A DNA stretch of 64,000 bases, taken from NCBI GenBank assembly GCA_030704615.1, contig CM060733.1, forward strand, positions 38,812,001-38,876,000. The letters run 5' to 3'. Made by a program: the position numbers and the translations under genes. Below are positions 25,049 through 36,778 of this stretch, piece by piece (the stretch's first letter is position 1; each line of letters opens with the position of its first letter). Source of the DNA: Takakia lepidozioides (Eukaryota > Plantae > Bryophyta). The notes beneath the pieces are model-generated. The model was not told the DNA's origin, searched no databases, and was given only the letters and a program-made list of their open reading frames with translations.

Positions 25049-27957
25049 TCGGGCATCATAGACTTGGACATGTCTCAATCCAAAGTTTGGCATGCATGTC
25101 AGCTAACAATCTGGTTGAAGCATGGATCTTTCAGGAGATCAGGTCTTGAGTGTTTGTGATGGATGTGTGTATGGTAAACACCATCGCAACTCATTTCCAA
25201 AGGATGGAGGTTCTCGAACAAAGAAGGTTCTTGAGCCTGTCTATTCTGATCTATGCGGTCATATGTCGTCTGAATCTCATGAAGGTGCAAAGTATTTCTT
25301 GACCTTCACTGATGAGTTTTCTAAGAAAATATTTCTTTACATGATGTAAAATAAATTTGGAAGTTCTCGATAGGTTCAAAGCATTCAAAGCTTGGTGGAG
25401 AATCAAACTGGAGAATGATCAAAATACTTCGGTGTGATGGCGGTGGTGAGTACATCTCAAGGAATTTTATCAATTCTATAAGGAGAATGGTATTGTGAAA
25501 CAATCAATCACACCATATACGCTAAAGCATAATGGAGTTGCAAAGAGGAAGAATCGAACGTTTGTTGAAAGTGTGAGGTGTATGTTGCACCTCATGAGGC
25601 TTGGACCACGTTTCTGGGTAGAAGTAGTGACGACTGCAACATATCTTTGTAATCGACTTCCTAATAAGGCAATCTCTACAAAGACACCGGAAGAGGTTTG
25701 GAAGGGTGAGAAACATTCAGTTGATCATTTACACGTCTTTGGGTGTGTTGCATTTGCCCATGATCCAAAGGAAGTAAGGAAGAAATTGGATGCAAAAGCA
25801 ATCAAGTGTATCTTCATTGGTTATTGAGAGGAAACCAAGGGTATAAGTTGTATAACCCTGAGAGCAAGTATGTTATCATCAGTCGTGAAATATTCAATGA
25901 GTCCAGGACCTTTCATCAGGAAACAATAGTTCCAAGTTTGGACCATGAAAAAAAGAACTTGGCTCTAACACATAAGATAAAATGGAAAGAAGATTGTTTG
26001 AAAGACAGTTGAGGTTCAAATGGAGGAGGTACAATCTACTATGATTGAAAAACCCTCAAAGGTATCTTCTGCCTATTTCATTGACAGTGATGAACCTCAA
26101 AGTGTGTCAGATGCAATGAGGAGTGAGAACTCTTCACACTAGAAGGAAGCTATGGCATCTGAGTTTAAGTCTCTTCAGGATAATAAGACTTGGAGTCTTG
26201 TTCAACTTCCATCGGAACGGCAGTCTGTTGCTGCAAATGGATTTTCAAGATTAAGTACAATGCAGATGGTTCTGTAACAGGTAACAGCGCGCTTGTGTGT
26301 GTTGCAAAGGGGTTTTCACAATTGAAGTGTTTGATTACAATAAAACCTTCTCCCCTGTTGCCCGGATGGAGTCAATTCGAGTGATTTTATAATTGTTGTT
26401 GTTGAAAATCTTGAGTCGCATCAGATGGATGTGTGTACAGCCTTTCTCAATGAAGATCTTATGGAAGAAATATACATGACAGCCGTAGGATTTGCTGACA
26501 AAAAGAAGGAAATGATGGTGTGTAAGATCCTCAAGTCTTTGTATGGTTTGAAGCAATCCCCTAGGGCATGGAATGCTAAGATTGATGCATATTTCATGGC
26601 TGAAGAGTTTGAGAAGAGCTCTGCTGATTATAATGTTTACTATAAGAAGGCTTATGGAAACTCTTATGTGATCATAACATTGTATGTTGATGATCTGATC
26701 TTGGTCTCTAATTACTTGACTCTGTTGAAACACATACAAAGTGTCAATATCTCAAATGAGATTGAGATAGTGGTTGTGTGATCATAACAAATTGACTTTG
26801 TTGAAAAGATTAAAGTGATATCTCAAAGAGATTTGAGATGGTGGATTTGAAAGAGATCATGTGATCATGTGTTAATGATCAGTCTTTGTTGAAAAGACAA
26901 AGTGATATCTCAAAGAGGTTTGAGATGGTGGATCTGAAAGAGATCCTGTGATCATGTGTTAATGATCAGGCTTTGTTGAAAAAGACAAAGCGATATCTCA
27001 ATGAAGTTTGAGATGGTGGATCTGAAAGAGATCCAATACTGCTTGGGGGTATCGGTAACTCGTGTTCGACAAGACCGAGCGATTTACCTGAACCAGCGTA
27101 AGTATCTTGAAGATATCTTAAGGCGCTTATGGCTGAAAGTATGCCGGTAAATACCCCGTTTGTCCCAAATTGCAAACTCTCAAAGGAGATGAGTCCTAAG
27201 AGTGCTGCAGACTTGGAGACAATGAGAGATATTCCTTATCAGAGTATTGTGGGAAGTCTCATGTATGCAATGGTCTGTACTAGGCCAGATATTGCACAAG
27301 CAGTGGGGGTTGTAAGCCAATATGTGGCTAACCCTGGGCAACTCCATTGGGTTGCAGTAGAGCGGATTTTCCGTTATCTGAGAGGCACACTGGACTATGG
27401 TTTGTGCTTGAGAAAGAACAATGATAATGTTCAGTTGGATCAAGTGGGTTCATATGGTATCTCAGATAGTGCTTGCAAAAGCACAGAGCTATACGGCTAT
27501 TGTGATGCAGATTGGGCTGGTAATGTTGATGACCGCCACTCTACATCTAGCTATGTTTTTATGCTAGCAAATGGAGCTGTAAGCTGGAGCAGCAAAAAGA
27601 AATCTACAATTGTTATGTCCTCGACTGAGGCAGGATATATGGCTGCATCTCAAGCTACAAGGCAAGCATTATGGTTATCATCATTTCTATCTAGTATTGG
27701 TCGTCCACAGAGGGATATCATGGTCATATATGATGACAACCAAGGGTGTATTGCTCTCTCAAAGAATCCAATGTTTCATGCTCTCACAAAGCATATTGAG
27801 ATTCATCATCATTTGGTACGAGAGAAGACTGAAGCTGGAGTTGTCAAGTTTGTATATTGCAACACCAACAACATGGTTGCAGACATACTAGCTTAGTGCT
27901 GAAAAGCTTGAACGCTTTCGAGGTTTAATGGGAGTAGTTAAGTGCTTAACTTGGTAA
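25049..27957 (+). pseudogene. Copia integrase, RT and RNase H, degenerate
   Basis: HHRLGH...CDGCVYGK, SDLCG, RCDGGGEY, HNGVAKRKNRT, MDVCTAFLN, KSLYGLKQSPRAW, LYVDD, GYCDADWAG, TKHIEIHHH. Confidence 0.95.
26720..27035 (+). repeat. Four ~80-85-bp tandem copies within Copia RT
   Basis: TTGTTGAAAAGACAAAGTGATATCTCAA..TTTGAGATGGTGGATCTGAAAGAGATC is repeated. Confidence 0.85.
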
Positions 27958-27972
27958 CTCGTTGAGTAGGGG

Positions 27973-28341
27973 TGTTGGAAATCAACTCCTGACCAAGTTA
28001 CTACTACCTAGAGTTACTGTGATGACAAGTCAGGCTTCCATAATAGGAGTGCTGACAAGTCACAGTTAACAATAGAGATAAGCCTTAGTTAGCTAAAAGA
28101 TAGCTAAAGTTAGCTTCAGTTATTAGTAACTCAAGTCATTGTACCAGAATAGCAAGTGGAGATAACTTAAGTAAAAGCATGGAGTTATACTATAGTTATC
28201 TCAGCTATTTTTTTATTAGACTTTGAGTATAAATAGGGAGAGCTCGGAGGGTGGACATAGCTTGTTGTGGTCCTATGGTTGGGTGGAGAGTTCTCAGTAA
28301 TCAGTTCATCTTTTATCTCTATTCTCTGTCGAATTCCAACA
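27973..28341 (+). repeat. Copia 3' LTR
   Basis: TGTTGGAAAT...TTCCAACA followed by the AAGCA TSD. Confidence 0.97.
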
Positions 28342-28859
28342 AAGCAAGGCCCATTGAGGCATGGTGGGGGGGCTTGTGTTTTGTTTTGGGTTTGGGTGAT
28401 TTATTTTGGACTGGTAGGACCTGCCCCACCATCGCAAGCAGCCCGGGAGAGCCCCGGGTGTTGCGCTTGAGAGCTAGGAACTCAAAAATCCACACGCGGG
28501 AGCCAGCCGTGGGCTGGCGCACGGGGGGCCAGCGCTGACTTCTATCGTACTAGAGAGCAAGTATAAGGGTTGCGTGGCCCAGGGACACAAGGTGCACAAG
28601 CGTGCGTAAAGGGCGGGGTTAATACCCGCTGGATAAAGCGTTGGCCCGTGGACCGGTGGTCGCCGCATTAACCAGCGCAACCGCGCAGTGACCAAAGGGC
28701 CGCATCACGGACCGCACCACGCGGAACCACGCTCCGCCATGTGGTAGGGGTGGTTTACCTGCGGGTTTGATGTACAAGGTGTATACATCAAAGTTTGCTA
28801 AATGTGTGTTGACAATGTTTGTTAAGAACACACTCATGTGCTAATTAATTATATAAGCG

Positions 28860-29045
28860 ACAACCAGCATGTAGCCCAGTGGTAATGGGCACATACCACG
28901 TTGGATGTGGTTGTGGGTTCAAACCACGGTCTGGTGTGTCATGAAGGTGTCCTTCTTTCAGCTGGAAGGCAGTAGCCCTTGTGGTGAAGTGAGACCAGTT
29001 ACGCTCCCTTCGGGAGGTATCATTATATATATATATATATATATA
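28860..29045 (+). mobile_element. tRNA-derived SINE with (TA)n tail
   Basis: A box TAGCCCAGTGG (28872-28882), B box GGTTCAAACC (28916-28925), unrelated body, (TA)n tail, probable TSD ATATAAGC. Confidence 0.8.
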
Positions 29046-30201
29046 TAAGCAAAATCAAGATAACGTTTTATTGGGCATTACCAAGTGGTCACTCTATACA
29101 GGATGGCCGACCCATCTGGAAATGAAGGCAAAAATAAGTGGATCCATGAGCCCATGTATTGCTGAAAACTAGAATCAGAGCTTGTTCTGGACGACTATGC
29201 AGCATCAGCAAATGCTTCAGAACCTGTAGGAACAAAAACTAAAGTCACAAGCTGGACCCCAGAGAGAGATAAAGAGAAAAACCAGTAGATCCACAATAGC
29301 ACAAAGAGGAAACAAGAATCCCAACCCTTCGCGCAACAATTGAGCATCGCACCACGGCTCGCTACAAATCCTTCCGATGACAGTGCCCTCATAGCCAAAG
29401 GAGGAGCAGTAAATATATCTTCCTCTCATTATTCACATAAGTTATCCCTTAGTTGCGTGTAAATTCATTGATATTAATTGAACCAACATGACGGACCAAA
29501 AGCTCCGCTTTTGGGATGTTGGACGGTGCCTGGAATAAGAGGAAAAGACCTCACTTTCTTGAAGGGGATTTCAGGAGAGTTTTTCGGCTTGTTTGAGATT
29601 GGCAGCTCAAGTAGTTACCCCCAACCTTGAACTCCAACACGCACAAACCAATGTTAGAGTGTGAGGGAATCAAGCCGCATCAATCAATAACAGCATCCTT
29701 ACAATCACTATATGAACTTTCATGCAACCACCATGGGATTGGATCTTGGTGGGTTAAGGCTAGCTTTTAACAATATTCATGCAAGTTCGTCAAGGGCTCC
29801 ATGAGAAACAAGCAAACATGTCCAAATTTAAGATGTTGAACAAACTTGTGCACATGGCTGCCCCTCTCATCAAGCTCATTAAAATTCGTATTCACTTCCA
29901 TCTTCAAGCTTTGGAGAAGCTCCACCACCCAAACCCAAAATTAGGACAGCACTCTGATTTCCATCCACTATCACCAGAATCAGTCAAAAATCACCCCTTC
30001 AGTCAAGTGCAATTATGGGCTGACCTCCCACTTAAGCCAGGTAGACCCCACTATCATTTCTTGTGGATTATGCCACATGAAATGCACTCAACAGTACATC
30101 ATGGTCAATACTCTCGGGAAATGGTGGATGGTCTGAGTAGCTACGTCACAGATCAATGAATGAAGCAAGACACTCGTATCTTCCAAGAAGACATCCTTAC
30201 A

Positions 30202-31010
30202 CCGGTAATCACCACAAGAACAAATCTCATCTTCGAAGTGGTGAAAGCGGTTAGCGTCCTGTACAACAATTGCTCGGCCAACAATATTTGAGATGAATTT
30301 GGTGGAAGTGTGGTAGTCACCACACACTCGAAGATTCTTGATGAGACGGAGAGGCATCCTAGGGGTCATGCTGAGCAGCCCAAAACCACTGGCTAGCTTC
30401 TCACTATGGTGGCAAAGAGAAAATTCTTTTTTATCCTCCCCACATCATGCAATACAAAGCGCATGTCAGGCACATACTCCGTCTCCTTCATCTGCCCAGA
30501 CAATCTTCTCAGCTCAGCATGGATTTCCTTAATTTTGGGATGCAACTTGCCATCTACAATGACGGTGTGCACCCTGTTGCAAACCTCAATGCAGCAGCAA
30601 CCTGGCTCCTTTTCAACCCCTCTGACCTTCATCATTCTTCTCACCTTTGTAGTATCATCCCACTTACCAGCTGCAGCATAGATGTTTGATAACAACACAT
30701 AAGTCGCGGCATCCTGTTCATCCCTCTTGACAATAGATGTTGCCGCACGTTCAGTCATCTCCACATTTTCATGGATTCTGCAGGCACCAAGCAAGGCCTT
30801 CCACACCACAACATCTGGATTGATTGACATTCTATTAATCACGTCCACTGCCTCATCCAGTTGTCCCGCACGTCCAAGAAGGTCCACCATGCAGCCAAAG
30901 TGCTTTACTGAGTGACACCATGATCTTGACTCAGGGAATCGAAGTAGCATCTTCTTTCATTCAGTAGGGCAGTGTGGCTGCATGCAGAGAGAACACATAT
31001 AAAGGTGATG
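30202..31010 (-). pseudogene. PLS-class PPR protein C-terminus (E/E+/DYW), 5'-truncated pseudogene
   Basis: ITFICVLSACSH, HFGCMVDLLGRAG, WKALLGACRIH, YVLLSNIYAAAGKW, PG box [38 protein letters not shown]. Has two frameshifts, CxxC changed to CxxY, and DYW changed to DYR. Confidence 0.93.
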
Positions 31011-31809
31011 TAAGGGGAAAACAGTGATGAGAAACCACTTGGATTTTGCAAGTAGAGTATACAATGTGCGGGAAATGAGACAACAAGCAAAGAGGCGAGA
31101 CGAACATGATGAACATAAGAAGGGAATGAATGAAAGTGAAGAAGGATAAATGCGGATGAACGAAGCGAAAGATAATGTCTTGGTTCACTTCGTGGATCAG
31201 GATGGAGTATGAATAGTCAGCATGGGGATGATTCATTCATCAAGTAAGATGTTGCTTGAGCACCATGCCACGATAGATGAAGACACTGGATGAACCACGC
31301 ACGGACGGAATGGATGAAACCCTATTTTAAGTAATTCTGGACTTTTGGCTTAAATCCGGACCAAACTTAATATATAACATAATTAGAATTAATTCAGGTA
31401 ATAATAATAATATCGTGGAATATTGAGTCATTTAACTTGTGAGGTTGCACAATCCCATTCATGTATCGAATGGTAAGTCGAATGACGTACTTTGCATCAT
31501 AAAATTATTAAGATAAGATCAATTGTTAATAAATTGATAGATGTATGACATAAACAGATGATTCAAGAAGATATTATACAAATGAAAAGTAAACATCCAT
31601 ACCATGCTTACAGTATAGTAGTACCATAAACCGATGTATTGCAAGTTTTCAATTGATGGATTAAAACGTTGAATGGAATAAGGTTGGATTTCAATGAAAC
31701 ATGTGAATTATGTTTCAAAATATTTAGGGATTATTCCGAAAGGTTCATATGACAACCAAATATTGTGGAAGAGTGTCATGTAGATTCAGCTATAAAGTCA
31801 TTGAACCAA

Positions 31810-32695
31810 GCTGGAATTAGGTTTTAGGTTATAGAGTTTGCTAGGGTACATTAAAACATAGTACTTGGTATGAATGGAAAAGAAAATATAGGAAAGTGTA
31901 CAGATGACTTGGCACCTATGAAAATTTGTTAATGATCCCAACCACAGATTGTATCCAAATTTCTATAAGGAATGTGAATCAAACAGTGGAGTTTGGTTTA
32001 GGGTTTAGGGTCTTAGAAAACTGGAGTTAGAGTCTTTACCCATACGTAGAACAATTCATGAAATATTATCCCCACCACTTCGACCGTACCCAAAATTGGA
32101 AATAATAAATAAATAAGCATCAAACATTGAAATTAGGTTTTAGGGTATATAGTTTGTGAGGGTACTAACCATAATACTCGGTATGAATGGAAAAGAAAAT
32201 AGTGGGAAGGGTACAGATGACTTGTCACCTATGATTTAGGGTTTAGGGAATAAAATTTCCCAACCACAGATTGTATCTAATCTATGAAGAATGCGCATCA
32301 AACAATGGAGTTACGTTTAAGGGCTTAGGGTTTAAGGTTTAGAGAACTATAAATGGACAAACAATTATGGAATGTGAATCTTTACGTGGAGGTTGTACAA
32401 CAATTCAGGAAATATCCCCTCCACTTCGACCGCACCCAAAACTAGAATCAATAAATTAAATAGGCATCAGACATTGGAATTAGGTTTTAGGGTACGGAGT
32501 TGAGTAGTGTAGTAAACATACTATTGGGTATGAATGGACAAAAAAATGTGGGAAAGTGTACAAGTGATTTATCACCTAAGAAATTAGACTTGAATGAAAT
32601 ATCCCAAGGGCCATTCTATTATGCCCAACCTTGTAACCCTTGAAGAATGCGCATCAAACATTCGAATTAGGTTTAGGGTATATGGTTTAAGGTGA
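31810..32695. repeat. ~315-350-bp tandem repeat (about 2.7 copies) containing telomere-like TTTAGGG motifs
   Basis: GAATTAGGTTTTAGG...GGTATGAATGGAAAAGAAAAT...GTACAGATGACTT..CACCTA at ~31814, 32130 and 32477; GGTTTAGGGTTTAGGG at ~31995 and ~32236. Confidence 0.85.
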
Positions 32696-33396
32696 GGACA
32701 ATGTAAGGACTGAAGGCCCCAGAAGTATTGTCTTTAGAAGGTCCTAATAAGATAAACAGACCCAAGATAAATTGACCTGAGATTACACGGAATAACGGGT
32801 GGCAAAGCGAGGTTCAGGACTGATTAGTGACGAAGAAAATTGAGAAGAATCTTAAGATAGTCCGAAAAGGCAGTAAAGGAAATGTAACTCTATACTTGAA
32901 GCCAGACTTACAGAAAGCTACTAACGAGTAATGGGAGAAGATTCACAAGATTCACAAGCAGTAAACCGCGAGAAAGCTTGTCAATTGAAGCAACAACTTT
33001 CACAAATTGCCACTCGGTTTATACTCAAGATATTTTTTAAACCAATCATATTGAGCCCAACAATACGACCATGTGGACCGAGAATGAAGGAGATGGGTGA
33101 ATCTGTTGAGGAGAAGACACTTTGGTGAGAACCAGAGAACCAAAAGAAATGGGTGTAATGTGAGGGAGGAACTGCAAATAAAAGGAAGCAGTGACATCAG
33201 GAAAACTAGGAACTTCGGATGATCACTCGAGGTTCTTGAAACGTTACAGAGATGAGGTCCGGAAAAAAACTGGTGGCTGGCAAAGAAGATAGATTAATAT
33301 TTGAACACGTGAAAGAAACAAATGGAGAGTGGAGGTAAAACATTAGTTTTATTCTTGAAAACATGCCGAGGAGTGACCCTCCACAATATGTCTTTG

Positions 33397-36300
33397 TCAA
33401 CCTTGTTCGCCGCCCGAGGTTGCATTGTCTTCATTGTTTGACTGTTGATTGGCCTCATCCAAATTTGCTCGTGCTTTCTCCGCCTCCACCGTGGTAATTT
33501 TCTTAGAGCTATTACGTGTCGTATTTTTTCTGGCGGGCATTGTCTAAACGACAGAGTTAATGTGAATCCACTGAGGGGGATCATCTGGATTGAATTCCCA
33601 AACTTTGGACCAACAATCTCTGTACTTGTCCAAATCAGAAGGGCTACCTCCTTTCTTGGATCTCTATCATTGGACGTGAACCTTCTTAAAATTCCTGGAT
33701 GCTCTGTCGCGGACCACATCCGATATTGCCATCCCCATCCAAACTGGAAACGTCATAGTATCTACTGGTCGAACCAAGACGAAGAATCCGTTCTCAATGT
33801 CCTTGAACGGATTTAGAGGCTGCTTCGGTCTATCACACCGGGGGCCACAATACGGCTCCATGACTTCATCTTCTTCCGACAGATCATCCTCTGCAGGTGT
33901 ATGGATTCCGGCTCTGTGGTGGTTGATAACCCACTTGGTTGAGGGCCAAAAACCCTCTTTAAGCGCGATTGAATGTTGTGATTCTCCAGGAATGAGAAGA
34001 TCAAGTTATGTAAGGATTGCTTCCCAATATTGATCTTACTGTATCATGATGTCACGATAATGATCGTCAAACAACATCCCCTTCTTCCAGAACTCCCTGT
34101 ATTTTTTTAATTCCAGTTTTGATAAAAGACTGTTTATCGGATGAGTCATCTCCCACACCCCAAATTGGTGTTTTTTTTACAGCCCTGGGTTGTACTGCTA
34201 CATGTAACTTTGGAGATCCATTGGGATTCGACTTCCACATCTTCACCGAACCTTTTTTGGGGAGCCACTCAGAATTAGTAGCAAACTTCTTAAACTTCAT
34301 GATAGGCCAACCAGCTTCATCTACATAGAATCGAAATACATTCATTTATGTTTGCCCAACTAAAGCTTATTTTCCATTGAGAATGCAACCGTCCACATAC
34401 GCCTTGAAATCTGGCATCTCTTGAATGATTTGAGGAATAAATTGCAGATCTTGAGAGATCATAAAAAACCTCATAAGATCGGAGAGAACGTAGGTGCTGT
34501 TTTGCTTCAGCTTCTTCGATAAATAACTGAAGAATCCGTCGATGTCCTCATGGGTATGGCCAACCATGAGAAATCCCATCTGAATCTCATCAAACACTCA
34601 TCTTGCAGTTAGGAGCGACAGAAAAGGCACATCCACTTGTTTTTGTTTTCCTTCACGCAGTTGTCTAACTGCAGGTAGAGTCTTCGCGGAAGTGGGACCT
34701 TTCCTTTTTTCTTCTCCTTATCGCCGAAAGGTTTTAGGACGTTGAGACACCTCGATTTATCTTTCATGAGAGATTCGAAAAAAGAATTCTGAAGTGGGTG
34801 GTCAAAGATGTTACGACTTTCGCGGCAAGAGGGCTTCTCTAGTTGGCGGAGACATCTTGCTAGAGAGCCAATCGTGAAGTTCGGTTTTCCCGGCCAGAAG
34901 TCCAAAGAGTACTGTTCGTAGGCTCCGTCCCCGTGGCCGTGGGTGACCATGCCGGTTAGCGAGATTGGAAGCTGACCTAAGCCGGAGACCATCTTGTTCG
35001 TCGTTTGCAACCTTGGAAAAGCCGTTTTTCGATGATCCATCTTGTCATGAATGATGCAGAGAAACTCGGACGGCATCATAGCTGACTCATTCTTCCAGCT
35101 GTGATAGAGTCTCCTGCAAGACTCCTGAAACCTGAGGTGTTTATCAAGTGCTTTCTTGTGCGAGGCCTGCTCATCGCTACGTTTGACCGACTTCTTGATT
35201 AGGTCTTTGAGCATCTCACAGTCTGTGCATTTGACAAACATGCTACCACTTTTTCTAACCTTAACATTGGGAAAAATCCGTTGTCTGATTCTGCTGACGG
35301 CTGCCTGGGAGATAGGCTTCAACCCATATATTTTATTCGCCTGCAAGATAGACAGGGGGAAATGAACCTCGCGCGATCGCCCGAGTTTTAATAGTAAGAG
35401 GTCTGATACGTTGCGTGGAAGCAAAACAGAGAAGGTCCCAACAAATATAGAATTCGGAAAGTGGTAAAAAAAAGAAGAACTGACCTCATTACACTCCTCA
35501 CGAAGTTTTTTCCAGTTCAGTTCAGGTGGGAGAACTCGAAGAGTATCTCTCCGTCCGTCTCCAATACAATGGGTCTTATGAGGCATGAGATCGGAATTTC
35601 CGTTTATAATCGACATTAAGTTTTCTTCAGCTTGACGAGTTTGTGGACGGGGCCATTTCACTCCAGAATTCCCGTGCAACGATGTAACCACACCCTCTCT
35701 GCTTAGTTTTTTGTATTCCATGTAGGTTGAACGACTGATTTCGTGAATTGTCCACCAAGCTGTATCACACACATCAACGCCATCAATGGTTATGTAGGCC
35801 TTTGTCGAAACCTCGTCGATTCGATGAAGTCTTTTGGGAACATCAAAACCGAGCTCTCTCCGTTCGTCATAAGAGGATCCCCAATAAGCGGTCCGGATAG
35901 CGAGTGTTTTTCTCTAGTCGAAATATTGGCAACATTGTAAATTGCAACATTGTTTGCTGCTGACTTCTCGAACTGCCTGCAGAGAGATGCGAGTATTTAT
36001 CTTTTTGGAATCGTCTTTTTTCGGATTTTTTTTTAGTCTGTTGAAATGCCGGTATGCTGTTTTTTTCACACCTTTCTCGTTGTGACCAATATCTGCTTGT
36101 TCCCGGCTATTGATGAACCTATGAAGCTCATGTGACAATGTCCTGTCACTATCAATCAACCAAGTCTGCGTCAATGGCCAGTTCACGAGACACATGAAAT
36201 TGGTCGAACCGCCATTCAAAATCCTTGTAATGAGCACCCCGACGTGATGTTCTCCAACTTTCTCACAAAGTATCACCTCGTCAGGATGACATGCTTGAAT

Positions 36301-36778
36301 TCTGCCCTCGTACAAAACACTTTGTTCATTTCCAAGGAGAATACACAATTTATTTCTCCGACTGTCTCTACCCATAGCAACATCGTTATTCGGAGACGGC
36401 CTTGACATGTCAGATTCAATTCGTTCAATTTTGGATGGGAATTAGCCGCAGATGTCAATTCGACCTCCGAGAAGTGAGAAAACCTCATTGTTGATGTGTC
36501 CTAGTATCTTTTTGAATTTGCACCATATCCCAAACGACAGGTGTTCCGATTGTTTCTCCCAAAGAGTCCGCATCCATGTGCGGATATGGCAACGACACAG
36601 AAGAATGTGCCGGATCGCAAGACACTATAACAACAGATATTGTGGACCCGTTTAACTGTCGTCCATGACAACTTCCGCAACTAGTCACGTTGAGGCATTC
36701 TGCTGTTGCGACGATAGAGTTCGAGACCTGAAGAGTGAGGAAAACTTGTTGACCAGTTTGGAACAACGACATTTCCAT
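33397..36778 (-). pseudogene. Sola1-like (DUF7869-type) transposase with two N-terminal accessory domains; frameshifted; probable intron 35341-35484
   Basis: CTDC...HLRFQ, IIHDKMD, LYLQLDNCVKENKNKW, FLMVGHTHEDIDGFFS (three Asp motifs). GTCAGT...TTGCAG 144-nt intron. Family assignment is from recalled motifs. Confidence 0.75.

Larger units (their letters stand above)
10149..28341 (+). mobile_element. Ty1/Copia LTR retrotransposon, degenerate, interrupted by nested Gypsy elements
   Basis: 369-bp LTRs TG...CA at 10149-10517 and 27973-28341. TSD AAGCA at 10144-10148 and 28342-28346. PBS TGGTATCAGAGC; purine tract before the 3' LTR. Domain order gag, GAG-pre-integrase, INT, RT, RNase H. Confidence 0.97.

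Noticed and set aside
11752-25159. Many overlapping short ORFs in the LTRs and antisense to pol
   Set aside because: These are by-products of GC-rich LTRs and shadow frames; no recognisable domains.
28860-28940. tRNA gene
   Set aside because: A/B boxes are present but there is no complete cloverleaf, and it continues into a SINE body and tail. The same applies to 46830-46906.
31990-32345. True telomere or telomerase RNA template
   Set aside because: Only two or three tandem units embedded in a larger repeat; no long array and no Pol III USE/TATA context seen.
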